NCBI GenBank assembly: GCA_030704615.1
Contig: CM060734.1
Location: 30,504,001-30,568,000 of the forward strand
Direction: 5' to 3'
Origin: Takakia lepidozioides
Taxonomy: Eukaryota > Plantae > Bryophyta
DNA: 64,000 bases
The notes beneath the pieces are model-generated. The model saw only the letters and a program-made list of their open reading frames with translations, did not search any database and was not told where the DNA came from. Shown in pieces: positions 46,658 through 59,122 of this stretch. Each line of letters opens with the position of its first letter. Position 1 is the first letter of the stretch. The translations under genes and the position numbers were made by a program.

Positions 46658-47943
46658 ATGGCAGGTTTATGTAGCATGGAGGTCATGGTCATGGGGAGCA
46701 CTGTTTCCTTAAGCTGCCTCGCGTCCCGTGGGGTGGGTGCACAAAGCAAAGTTACTCCTTCAGCTTTGGGTGGATTGCAGCGAAACTTTGCAGCTCCCCT
46801 CCAGCAATCAGAGAGGCGCAGACTTGTTGGTGTGCGGGCCGCCCAGAAGCAAGATACTCCCCTGGTGAGGAATCCCTTTGGGCTGCTGTAAAAGCTCAGA
46901 TCTAAATTTCTGGTTCGGTTTGACTTTTGAATGGTCGGACCGCGTCTTAAGGATAATAGCGTTCATCACTTGCACGGTTTATATAGAGATCGTAAACTTC
47001 GTTCTGACGCCTCCCCAGAGGCTTCTCAAGTCACCTAGCTTTTCTTGAATCAGTCCACGAATTGCTGGCGTGCCTTCTTAGTTTTAAACAGCTTGCGCAG
47101 AGTTGATACTGCAGTTCAACGTTAAGTACAGCTCAAGTGTCTTTCGTCGAGCTATCATCGTGAACTTAAGTCGAAATCAGGTGAAGACTGTACACTTGAA
47201 TTGGAAGAGCTCTGTATGTATGTTTCCTTTCGATAATTCAATCCTTACGTTGCTGTGGGCCTGTTGGTCAATCACATGGATGCAGCCGGAATATTACCGA
47301 GGCGGGTGTTACTGAGCATGAGAAGGAGGAGCCATTGCGGGTGTTTGACAGGTTTCCAGCAAGTCAGTTCTTCCGCCCCGAGACTGACCGTCGGCCTGAG
47401 CTGGGCAACAAGGAGTTCACTAGTGTCATGAAATTTGATGGCCCTGGCCCTGAGACTATTAATGGCCGCCTGGCCATGTTGGGCATTGTTTGGGCATTTG
47501 CTGCTGAAATTAACTCCGGCATCACTGTAGTCCCCCATCTTCGGGTCTGGCGAATCTCCTGATAGCAGGTACCTAGGGAACTTGATTTCAATATTTAGAA
47601 GTTACTGTTTAAAAGTTACTGTCTTCAGAATTTCTGAACTTGAGCAATAATTACAGCGTAGATGAAGTCGATCCTGAAAAAATGTGAGCCTTTAATAGTT
47701 GGAGCTGAAGTTGAATGCACTCGAAATGAAAACTTCTTAGCTTCAATAACGTGGAAGTGGCTGGCTTATAGATGTGATTGTTTAGTTTTGATGGTGTTCA
47801 GGAAGTTTGGACCATTCAATGTAAAGGCAGAGCGTTGGAACGGGAGCGCGGCCATGATAGGTTTTGCATCACTGATTTTGACAGAACAGCTACTTATCAA
47901 TGGCCCACTTTTGGCCTTTCTCCACTTGTCCAAACCTTTTTGA
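46658..47943 (+). pseudogene. ELIP: ELIP copy 2: frameshift plus internal deletion
   Basis: Exon 1 is 46658-46864. Exon 2 starts out of frame near 47286 and contains FDGPGPETINGRLAMLG. At about 47532 it jumps to the end of exon 3, so intron 2 and helix 2 are lost. The last exon has ERWNGSAAM. Confidence 0.88.
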
Positions 47944-49165
47944 ACGCTTACGGAGTGTCTAGTGCGAGGTCTAGTGAAGAACTAGCTGCAGTGCATGCGT
48001 GACCCAGAGGTTAATGTGAGCAGAGTGTACACGATACTAGAAGGTAATGTAGTGTACATAGTGCAAAACGTTGCTACGTACTATCGGTTTTGAGACCTGA
48101 TGGATTGTAAAGTGTCGTTTTGTGTACCTTAAAATTTGAGTAAAATTCAAATTCTTTCAAAGACTTATTAATTATCGGTTGAAGTTGGCATGTTTGAGCA
48201 TATGTTTCCCACGTTCAAACTATCGGAAACTATTGATGCTTTTGGGTTATATTACCAGCACTAGTTTGATGGTGACTGTCAATCACTACATTTCTGTTTC
48301 ATCTAGAATACTTTGCTAGTGCAACGCTAGACCCCAAAACTATTTACTTAAATCGAAGGTTGAAGATTGTACATACAGGTGTACACTTACTGCACGGACA
48401 TTAAATTATAGTCCTGAATACTGAAGCCAACTTCACATGCAACTTGGTAGAGGGAAAGGACAATATACTTGCAGCTCTAGCGAGAGCTCTAGACAGTGTG
48501 CAGAAAACGATGCAAAATGATAGTTAAAGTAATTTTGAAAAATTATATAGTCCGAAAGGGAGTTGGCAAGAGAATATGAAGAGGTAGGTAGTTACAACAA
48601 CCTCCTAATCATGTGCTAAATATGAGTAAAAATCCAATACCGGTTAACTGCCATCACCATTCCTGTCCACCTTCCTGCAGCCAGGAACAACGGCGAACGC
48701 GTCTCTTCATGTGTGACTGCCTCTAGATACTATCAGATAACCGCATCCACCTCTTTGGAACCTGAATAACTCACGGTCCAACATTTTATACTGGGTTGTC
48801 ATCTTCAATGGGGCACGGAGCCAAACGATTCTTCTGGCCAGCCATTGTCCAGACTATGTACACTAGTGTTTCTAGTGGTGCATGCTTCGTCTGCGTATCT
48901 CCCAGCTCCATCGTCCGCACAAAATCCTCTCCCCGTGAAATTGTATCAGTTAGCCAGCGAGATGATAAAAGCGGCTCCCAGTTATAGCTAGTCTTGGGGA
49001 TGATATTATGATGGGCAGACGATGAGCATTTATGATCTGGATAGGCTTCTGGAAGTTGTCGCTCCCTGTACTCCGACCGTGGAGAATTGTCTAGACGCCG
49101 TGCGTGAAATACATCTGCGGCTTTGGGATACTGGCCTGTCTTCTCTGCTAGGATAATTTAGAATC

Positions 49166-52100
49166 ATGACTTACAGTACCTCAAGTGAGGAAGGGACCCC
49201 GCCCACCAGTTACCGTGACAAGGTTTCTGGTGCGAAAAGCTACCATGATGCAATTTCGCGACTCTTGCATAAGCACTCTCGTCAGCCTCCACAACAAGTA
49301 GAAACGGAACCGCCTTTTGAAGCGAAACCCCGGCACTTTCGCCAGCCACCTGAAATAGAAACTACTAGCAGTCATGACTTCCTCGATGAGGACAGCGAGA
49401 AAAGCATTCAACAGAAGCTGCCCAGAGCCCATGGGAAAAAGGGCGAGCTAGATATGTCCAGCTTCAAATCCAGGGCGGTCTACTGCGAGGTGATCTTTTC
49501 CAGTCCTTTCCTCAACACCTTTTCACTCTAGAGAGGTTACTAGCAGGACCAATGACTGAGCACTGACTTCACCATTTGTTCAAGATTTAATGTTGCAAAT
49601 TCTATGTTTCAGGCTGTTTCAGGAAGCATATAACATGTATGGGAGTGTTGTTGGAATTCGACAAAGAATAGAGATAAAAGATGAACCGATTACTCAGAAC
49701 TCTCCACCCAACCATAGGACCACAACAAGATGTGTCCACCCTCCTAGCTCTCCCTATTTATACTCAAAGTCTAATCTAGAAATAGCTGAGATAACTATAG
49801 CATAACTCCATGCTTTTACTTAAGTTATCTCCACCTGTTATTATGGTACAATGACTTGAGTCACAAATAACTGAAGCTAACTTTAGCTATCTTTTAACTA
49901 ACTAACCGAGGCTTATCTCTATTGTTAACTATGACTTGTCATTTGTAGATATGTTTAATTACTTCCAACAAGTGTAACTTTGCCACCACAATGGTCGCAA
50001 TGCAAAATAGCCCTTAAAGACTGATTGGAAAAATGCAACTTGGTGTCCAGGCTTTCTTACATACATGTGCAAACATCTCAAAGTCAAAAAAGCACAAGCC
50101 TCTCAGGCATCTCAGATTGATATATATGCATCTATGTCATGACCGTCATGTTCTTAATGAACAAGGCATGCATACAATACGACTTGACTTCAGGTGAATC
50201 TGGCAGACATGCTGAGCAAGGGGCGACCCCCGGGCAGGGCCATCACACCCGGAAAATATGAGCATGCTCCTGATGCCTACCGCGCCAACGTCTGCTGCAT
50301 GGTAAGGACATCTCGTCTAACTATCCGTAGGCTCGTCCGTAGGAGTCTCGACTGTACTTCAGAATTCCGTGATTCCTGCTCTCGCTCTCAGTGCTCAAGG
50401 TTATTCCTCCCTAGATTACAGTGCACACCTCTTTCTCCGTAAAGGAGTTGATGAAGTCCTGTCAGTGACCGGTCGTCAAATGGGAATTCTTTAAGTTACA
50501 AGTTTGAATATTCTGCTGCTTGTTGGGGTTTAAATATCTGCAATACTTAAGAAGTGCTAACATCGCTGGGACTAGTACTTACTTTTATACGCTCCACACG
50601 CCATGGACGACGGCTTACAGATCTAGCTACCTGCACATTGCCCACTTCTGAAAGTTGGTATGACTTCAACTGAGACTTCAACACCCCATGCAGTACATGT
50701 CAATTTCGTAATCATAACCTTGAACTCTTGAGAGATCCCCACAGCTGCTAGGGGAGATATGTGCGATCAGTATGCCGTATGCGCGCGTGCTGCGAAGAAT
50801 TCAGGAAGTGTTGGAGCATTCCATCTACAGCAACTATGTCACCCCCCATCAGGGTGGCTTCTTTGATCAGGTGACGATCTCTTTTGTTACCCGGGAATTC
50901 GAATCAGAAAAGGGTCAGAAACTAACTTCCCATAGTTAAGAGGAGCTTCCTGCAGTTTGAATCCTGACCCGGATTCATGCAATACATGTAATTATATATC
51001 CAGATCAAATTAGGACATATCCGGTTGGTTCATGGGAAAGATCACCCGGTCAATATATAGTTCTAAGATTGAAATGATAGATCTTCCTTTCTTGAACCGG
51101 TCTTAGTTCAACGTTCCGTGCACCTGGTTCGAAAATTAAATTCATTCATGCCTTCTCCAGCTGCCTGGTCTGAAGTTATCCTAGCTAAGTTCAATCGAAA
51201 TCAAGCTCGACATGTGACGATTGGGCTGGTAGAAATCAAGTTCAGCTCATTACATTTTGAGATCAAGAGGGGGATGTTGGCTGGGTCTGGAATTCCACAG
51301 ATCCTCCACAGATATTTGCAGGGGCTTCCATGCGGCCTGACTTGCCTCACAACATCACATTTCATGACCCAGAAAACATCCCACTTGATCTATACATCTG
51401 GTACTTATGTAAACTTTGGATAGCTCTAGATAGCTCTCCCTTTTTCATGAAGAATGATCCGTTATTTCTGAGTCACACCTAATTACGTGTACATGTTCTG
51501 AAAGTAGGAGGCACATGTACACACACGTTTGAGGATGCAAAATAAATACAATCGACCAGTATCATGCACAAGGCCCAGTGCCTTAATCTGTGTTTCCTCA
51601 AATCAGGTCATAGATCCAATCAGCACGTGAGGAACAGCCGTGAACGATGCTCCATTTCCAGCTCCCGCAATTATGAAAGGCTACAAAAATCCACGCCTGC
51701 CAGCATAGATGATCTAGATCTATTCCTCACAGACACCGTAAGTTATAGATCATGTAGCCTCGGTGTCCGGGGTATTCTAACAGAGCGTGACCCTCTTCAG
51801 GAACTTCAAGAAGATGGTTCCTGCATCTCTGTTCACCAACTTCCAAAAATCTCGAGGCTGAGTCTAAAGCCCTGGCCCTATTGGGATCTAACTTTTGGGC
51901 TGCTCACACACAGCAGATTGATGCTTGACGTACGTCTGGCTGTCTAGCTCTAGGATATCTTGAAAGCCCAACTGTAGTCCCTAATGTTATCTATGTTTCC
52001 GTCCAAACTGGGCGCGAGACCGTCTATGGCCACGAGGCTAGCTACTGCAAACAAAGTCTTGTGAATACATAATTTATCATTATCAATGTTCAAGATTATA

Positions 52101-54232
52101 TAAATGTATCCTTCCCGAGGCCACTGGGTGAGAAGGGCGTCGCTGTCGAGAGCAAATAACTTGGCGATCGAATCGGCAGTCACATAAGCTTGAATTTTGT
52201 ATGACTGGGTGGCAGGTTCCGTATTTCGAGCTGGTGAGCGAGTTGGAGACCAAGCACAAGGGCTTGGTGAAGGAGCAGGAACGCTGGAAAACCATGCTAC
52301 AAGATCGTCAGGTTGTCACCGATCGCATTGAACATCACATAGAGGTACCTAACCTTGTGGGGACAAGGCAGCTTTCTACCCTCCACATCGCCCAAAAGAT
52401 AAGTGTCACTATACCTGGCTACAGTGATTGCATCATAACATAGAGCTCTCACATTACGTATGACGCTGACCTGAAGTGAGCATGAGTAAATAGCGGTCTA
52501 CATAACTAGTCTGAGTTTCCTCGAGACTTTGCACGAGCTTTGCCTTTGCACAAGTTTGAATTCATGAATACGAAACAAAGCCGTCAGAAGGGACCTATAT
52601 ATCTAGAGCATGTCTCGAGAATGTTGATCTTGGATGTTGTGATTAAAGATGATCGAGTAAAAGAGGTGTTGGTGGGTTGGTGAGTACAGGACTTGAACGA
52701 GGAGATAGTTAGGGAAAAGGGCAAAACTTCGGACTTGCAAATTGATCTGATCTCAACCCAGAAAGCTTTGAGAACATGTAGCAAAGAGGTAACTACGTTT
52801 ATTTCCGAATATCTTGTTGAATGGTATTGGCTGTGCATCGAGAATCGCCTATGTCCTACAGGTGCTTTTCGACAATGTTACGCTGGATGACTTGTACCAG
52901 GTATGCAAATTTGACCTAGTTTTCCAACTAACCTGTTGGTAAGGGATCAAAAGGTAAAGGAGCTGCAAGCTAAACTGGAGCAATCTCGGATGGAGGTCCT
53001 ACATTCCCGCGAGACGGAAGTAAAATACGTAAGACTGCGTCCTCCCAGAAGCTGTACTAGTCCATAGCCCACATAATAAAATTGGCAAGGACTTCCTGTT
53101 TCACTGTTGCTGTACGGAGGCTTTCCAGAGACCCCTCCCTAGCTGGAGTTGGGCCGAAGGTATGTGAGTACTTTCCTGTGCTCCCAAAGTCCTGTGGAGT
53201 CCTCGAAGTCGGATCCTTGATGTTGTATAAAGGGAGAGATTTGTAAGCTCTCAGAAATTTCCTTCGGGATTAAGTTATTCACATAATCTAAATTTTAGAC
53301 TCGGATGTGACCAAGGTTCGACTGACAGGAGATAGAGGTGGAAAGGTACACATATCTGGTAGCCAGGGATACAGACCTCGCGCGCGAGCTGCAGCACACC
53401 CACACCAATTTAACGGTTGCTCGCCGTGAGGCTGCAGATGGGTACATTCTGAACCCAAACAAGTTCAATGTTCTCTCCACACTCGGATTACAAGCATGGA
53501 TATATCGTTTGGCATTCAGACTCCTTAAATTTCACTGAAAGAGATGCACTGAGATTATATATTTAAAACCTCGCTTTACTCGGTATTCTCGGCCTTTAGG
53601 TTGTTACTGCAAAGCTAGCTGCTTGTTCGTTCCCGTAAACAAAACTTGCGAACCAACAATGCAACGGTGTATACTGAGTTCATGCGCGCTTTACAGAGTC
53701 CCCAAGGCAGAGCTGGCGATGGCGAAGACCAAAATCCAGTATCTGCAAAACAAATTGCACAAAGCAGAGCAGTTTGTGCTACTGGCACGCACATTGACTC
53801 CCCAGTCCTGAGTGGGCCCAGCTGCGAGGAAGCCCAAGGTATGCCAGTACGACAGTCAAGCAGGCAGCTGAGATCTGCGAAATGAATCAAACTTTGCTGA
53901 AGACTGTGTCAGCATTACGCACCGAATGTGCCACAGCTCAGGTGGCCCTTGCTGAGGTGATCTTCTCTCCCTCTCATACCATAACCTCCATCAAGAAGAA
54001 GACTCGAGGTGGAGGTTGGGTGGTGCATACATACAGGCACATAATAGACAGGGCCCTTCATGATAGTAGTAAGAACCAACCTCTCACATGCTTGCCTTGG
54101 CCTGCATGACTAGCATACTAAATCTTTCATTCTCGGACAATTTGTTCTACCTGTTGGCTTTACAGCAGGCTCGGCAGCACATACTAAAACAAGAAGGACA
54201 GAAGAAAAAGATTCAACAAAATGGTGCCACTG
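49166..54232 (+). pseudogene. Multi-exon coiled-coil protein gene, possibly TSNAXIP1-like or flagellar; appears damaged
   Basis: Spliceable exons lie at about 49166-49489, 50194-50301, 50750-50870, 52216-52344, 52690-52788, 53329-53441, 53690-53957. Segments include PYARVLRRIQEVLEHSIYS, FDQ|VPYFELV and heptad-rich stretches. Phases cannot be reconciled at several joins. Confidence 0.5.
49649..49970 (-). mobile_element. Solo LTR (copia-like ends)
   Basis: TGTTGG...CCAACA with a perfect 5-bp TSD AGTGT at 49644-49648 and 49971-49975. TATAAATA on the minus strand. Confidence 0.92.
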
Positions 54233-55679
54233 AAAAACAGCCAAGAAAGAGGTAGTAGCATGGGCCAAAGCATCCCTTGACTGACAAGAAGGGCTCAGTA
54301 GACATTTGTTTGGATCTCTTGACCACTTCCCCAAGGTTGATATGAAGTTGATATGTCAGCTTCTTCCACTACACCTGTATGCTAGTCATAACCTCACAAT
54401 TCACTTGGATCAACTGGTCGACAATGCCATAGCCTAAAAAGCCTTAAGATTGTCGGGTTTGAGCTACTTGAGTACAATCTTTCCAATTCACCACAAGCCC
54501 TTGTGATTGATTATTACAAATCCTCTTATCTTACAAAAGCTGAGCAGTTTACCAAAATATTTGCCTGACTAATGCGAAGCTCACCAGGTAAAGGCACACA
54601 CTAACCATATGACTGCAACTCTGCTTGGCATCATATATGTTACATGTAGCAAAAACATACAGAGAAACAGCTGGGAAGGCAGTAAATGAAGATTTGGACA
54701 AAGACAGACAAGAAAAGTTAACTTAGCTGGGCCATCAAGTGGCCATTTCAGGTCAATGCACACCTTGCTGCAAAGCTGATAGCATCAAGAACACAGATAC
54801 ATACATTTATCTGATTCGCCCCTGGATTTGGTCTTACACTTAACCAAGCCATTTGTTGTACCTTAAGAAAGCAAACCAAACAGCTTGTAAATTTTAACAG
54901 AAGAGCACTACCATATAACTCGTGGGAACAGTGCATCTCTGGATCAAGAAGGGTGTTAAAAACATCCAAACCAGACAAGCGACAGTCAACAATCAAGACA
55001 TGGCAAACACAAGACAGCTACATTATAACATTCACTGACAAAGCTTCAATACAAGGTTATGCATCAAATGTCATCCTCTGAAATTTCCTGCAGAGCAACT
55101 TGTGACAATTTCCTACAATGTATCCTTGGCCCGTGAACTAAGCTCAAGTTCTTGCTGTTGAGAAGAGATGAAGAGGGAAAATCTGTTGATAAAAGCCCTT
55201 TGACTACAGATTCGATGTAGACAAGTATTCACCCCCTTGCTTATGCAGCTGTGAATTTCCTATCAACGGACCCACACACCTCCACCAGGCACCATGCAGA
55301 AACAAAGAAACAACAAAGACTCAGACATCCTCTGCAAGGGAGGCAGAAAATGACACCTTCTCCCACATTTCAGAGGGCTGACAGGGAGGTGGCAGGCTCA
55401 CCTGGTTATTAGGTATGGGGTATATCTGAACCTAAGGGCCTAGCAGGAAAGGGCAAACTGGTGATACATTGAAACCCATTTGATGTGTTTCCTACAAAGG
55501 GAGAGCTAGGCAAAAGCAATGTGTGCAACAGCTGCCCACTTTAGCTGGCCTAGTCTGGGCACCCTTAAGATTGCAACGAAGCTCATCTACAATTCATTGT
55601 CATCTCATCAAATACAACTCCACATTCACAAAGTAATAATAGAGATGGAGGCCAAATTGAGATGTAAACTTCCCCAAAC

Positions 55680-56886
55680 CAGATGAAGGGACCAGCGCCC
55701 CTCCAGTCAGCTCACTCTTTCGAAGTCCGGGAGGAACTAGGATTCCTTCCAGAATTTCCACCATATACATCTCGACCCTGCACCACAGGCAGGGCGCCAG
55801 ACATGAGCCGTGCCCTCTATTTGCTGGAGTGTATGTAGTTTCCATTGTGTTTTGTGTTAGTCTCTGAGACCACCTTGCAAGGACCAATGCAACCAGCATT
55901 ATCATCAACTCCAGTGCTGTTGCACTCGAAGGTAGGGATGGCTGAAGAGAGGCCCGTGAAGCTTCAGGAGCGATAAGCGAGAGCCTGCCCTGGAACTTCC
56001 ACCGTAATATCCATGCGCGCGCCTGACTCCCAACCTGGCCGCCCGGGCCAACTTGGAGCTTCGGCTGCTCACCGGGACATAACGGTCCCCCTTCGCTTCC
56101 CACTAAACCCTCCACCTATTTGGGACTAGGAGAATTCCCTTTGGTAGATGGCAGTCCGGAACAGCTCCCCACTCTTTGGTCGCTTTCCGGCTCGCTCGCT
56201 TACTCACTAGGTTTTGGTCACCAACGGGCTTGCACCGTTCTCGGGGTCACTACTCCCCTTATATATACTTCTGTAGCTGTCCGCGGGGGTTTCACAACCA
56301 GCCATGCCATTTTATGGCGAACCACCCTCGACTCCCGGTAATGAGTCGCGGTGAGTCTTGGCCCACTCACTACGGCCCCTATGGACCGTGATGAGTCCCA
56401 AGACTCCCCACGACTCCCACCCCGAGGTCTCCGCCCCCATGGTGAGTCCTATGCCACCCCCACTAAGTCCCGCTAAGCTACCACCACCCCTTGTGGAGCC
56501 ACCCCCACCGCAACCCGGTGTGCGGGGCTCCACCTAGTGAGCGCCTCCGCCTCCTTGGGTGCCTTGGGCACTCAAGGGTGCTTCAGCCCCCCATACCTAT
56601 CGCTGCCGCTGCGCCCACCACAGGGGCAACCCCTCATGTGTCCCGACCCCCTTGCCCTCAAGGCAAAGGGCCGCGACACACCATGTAAGTGGATCTGCAG
56701 AGTCCATTGACGATTGGAAGTCGCACATTGAAGTGGAAAGTATTGTTTCAAGCTACATGCATGAAGTTGGGAGGTGTGATTCCATATCCACTAAGTATGA
56801 CAATGATGGCCGATTCGGCGACGAAATAACATCTCCTGACAGTTTCTTCTGAGGGTGGATCAACCAGTATTCGCGGTGCAGACATG
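55680..56886 (-). pseudogene. Decayed unknown reading frame split by the inverted LTR fragment
   Basis: Removing the insertion and one CCATG rejoins MSAPRILVDPP...GLCRSTYM|DITVEVPGQALAY in frame. Several stops remain. Confidence 0.4.
56016..56680 (-). mobile_element. Inverted, 3'-truncated LTR copy of the adjacent chromovirus
   Basis: Reverse complement of about 57260-57930. Flanked by CCATG at 56011-56015 and 56681-56685. Confidence 0.92.
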
Positions 56887-56940
56887 AACGTTCGCACTGA
56901 CAAGTGCCAGGACTATTAGTTAAAACGGTTAGACAAACAA

Positions 56941-57261
56941 GGGGGGCTGCTATTTCATGAGCGGCATGAGCATGAGCGGAAAAAAAAAAAACATGAGCAG
57001 ACCATTGTGAGTCCACGGAAATAGGGTTAGGAGGCACGGAAATAGGGTCATGTGAAGTTGGATTGTGGCACCAGTGGACTTGAAATGCAACATTTTATTG
57101 CAAATTTTGTGGCAAGCCACGTCTATACAAGTGTGTTCTAACTGTCATAGCCGGCATGGGCACTACTCTCCTGCACCCTCCGAGGAACTTGCCCCACCTT
57201 CTTCCTCATCCCCCTCATCCCCCTCATCCTCCGAGTTCTGTGATGCATCAGTTCCACTATG
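56941..57261 (-). mobile_element. Probable DNA-transposon end interrupted by the chromovirus
   Basis: Sharp GGGGGGCTGCTATTTC start with subterminal repeats (CATGAGC four times, CACGGAAATAGGGT twice). An acidic ORF tail SEDEGDEGDEEEGG* points toward it. Confidence 0.4.
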
Positions 57262-57987
57262 TGTCGCGGCCCTTTGCCTTGAGGGCAGGGGGTCGGGACA
57301 CATGAGGGGCTGCCCCTGTGGTGGGGGCAGCGGCAGCGATAGGTATGGGGGGCTGAAGCACCCTTGAGTGCCCAAGGCACTCAAGGAGGCGGAGGCGCTC
57401 ACTAGGTGGAGCCCCGCACACCGGGTTGCGGTGGGGGTGGCTCCACAAGGGGTGGTGGTAGCTTAGCGGGACTTAGTGGGGGTGACATAGGACTCACCAT
57501 GGGGGCGGAGACCTCGTGGTGGGAGTCGTGGGGAGTCTTGGGACTCATCACGGTCCATAGGGGCCGTGGTGAGCGGGCCAAGACTCACCGCGACTCATCA
57601 CCGGGAGTCGAGGGTTTTCGTGGTGGTTCGCCATAAAATGGCATGGCTGGTTGTGAAACCCCCGCGGACAGCTACAAAAGTATATATAGGGAGTAATACC
57701 CCCAAGAACGGTGCAAGCCCGTTGGTGACCAAAATCTAGTGAGTAAGCGAGCGAGCCGGAAAGCGACCAAAGAGTGGGGAGCTGTTCCGGACTGCCATCT
57801 ACCAAAGGGAATTCCACTAGTCCCAAATAGGTGGAGGGTTTAGTGGGGAGCAAAGGGGGACCGTTATGTCCCGGTGAGCAGCCGAAGCTCCAAGTTGGCC
57901 CGGGCGGCCAGGTTGGGAGTCAGGCGCGCGCATCAAAACGAGTAACTATGACGTGAAGGGGAGCTTACCGAAGGGAGGTGCGCGACA
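57262..57987 (+). repeat. 5' LTR
   Basis: TG...CA ends, TATATATA at about 57681, near-identical to 63428-64000. Confidence 0.95.
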
Positions 57988-57989
57988 CT

Positions 57990-58001
57990 TGGTATCAGAG
58001 C
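57990..58001 (+). other. Primer-binding site (tRNA-iMet)
   Basis: TGGTATCAGAGC lies 2 nt after the LTR end. Confidence 0.95.
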
Positions 58002-58042
58002 GTAGAGTTCAGTACGCGATCGTCCTTGGGATTGGCCTCATC

Positions 58043-59122
58043 ATGGGGTCGGGCAAGCCGAAGCGAAAGCGGAACGGCCCAAAAGATGATGATCCCGGTG
58101 AGCCCGATGGGGGCGACGTGTCACTGAGGCGGCCGTTTGAGGAAGCGATGCATGTTTCCGAAAACGAGGCCGCTCAAGAGCGGGAGGAATCCGAGAAGTC
58201 GGAGCCCGAGGAATCCTTGAGAGCTCCGACAAACCAAGAGATGCCTCCCATGCCGGCAGCCTTTTGGGAAGGGTTGTTGGCGCAGTTTGGCGGGACGTTG
58301 AAAGACGTGTTGAAGGCGGCTAATGCCACTTCCACTAAGGCAAAGTTTAAGGTGAAGACTAAGGAACCCGGCACCTTCGAGGGCGTCCGAAATCGGAAGG
58401 CACTCAACACCTGGCTCCTGGAGCTAGAGCAGTACTTCCGGGCGGCCAAGTTGAGTGACGAGGATCGGGTGGAAATGGCTCCCACCTATTTGAGGGGCTA
58501 TGCTCAACAATGGTGGCAGAAACGCCTTCACGACCGAGGTCCAAGCCCGGAAACCTTGGACTGGAGTGGGTTCAAGAAATTGATGAAGAGACAGTTTGTG
58601 CCCCTCAACGCGTCCTGGCTTGCCCGGGACAAGATGAGGAATTTGAAGCAAACAGATGACATTCGGGGGTATGTCCAGGCTTTCAATGTGCTGTTGCTCG
58701 AAGTCGCGGACATGGAAGAACCAGAAATGGTCTTCAACTTTGTGGCGGGACTGGCCCTATGGGCCAGGCGGAAGTTGGAGGAGAAGCCACCCAAGACTTT
58801 GAACGAGGCAATTGAGAGGGCTGAATGTTTCTCGGATGTCCCTAGGGGTGAGAGACAAGGCCGTACGGAGCTGAACCACAAGAAGACCCGGCGGGAAGGT
58901 GACTCCTTCCGACCGGAAAAGAAGTGGGATAGGCCACGCGGCGACAATGGCACGTGGAAATCAAAGGGAGGGCCTTCACACGTCAAGGCGGCACCCGGTG
59001 CTTCGAAAGGAAAAGCGGGTGGAGCGGCTTATGGCGGACAGAAGGCGACCTTTGATGGAGTGTGTTTCAATTGCGGGGAGCCGGGCAAATGGCCAAGAAG
59101 TGCACGAAGCCCCGACAATTGA
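58043..59122 (+). CDS. gag: Gag (frameshift in the zinc knuckle)
   Basis: Retrotrans_gag-like motifs [34 protein letters not shown] continues as MAKKC in another frame. Confidence 0.9.
   Translation: MGSGKPKRKRNGPKDDDPGEPDGGDVSLRRPFEEAMHVSENEAAQEREESEKSEPEESLRAPTNQEMPPMPAAFWEGLLAQFGGTLKDVLKAANATSTKAKFKVKTKEPGTFEGVRNRKALNTWLLELEQYFRAAKLSDEDRVEMAPTYLRGYAQQWWQKRLHDRGPSPETLDWSGFKKLMKRQFVPLNASWLARDKMRNLKQTDDIRGYVQAFNVLLLEVADMEEPEMVFNFVAGLALWARRKLEEKPPKTLNEAIERAECFSDVPRGERQGRTELNHKKTRREGDSFRPEKKWDRPRGDNGTWKSKGGPSHVKAAPGASKGKAGGAAYGGQKATFDGVCFNCGEPGKWPRSARSPDN

Noticed and set aside
48780-49150. Open minus-strand frame of about 115 codons
   Set aside because: No early start codon, clear splice context or recognisable homology.
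59062-59122. Programmed gag-pol frameshift
   Set aside because: The shift falls inside and destroys the CCHC knuckle and has no slippery heptamer, so a mutation is more likely.
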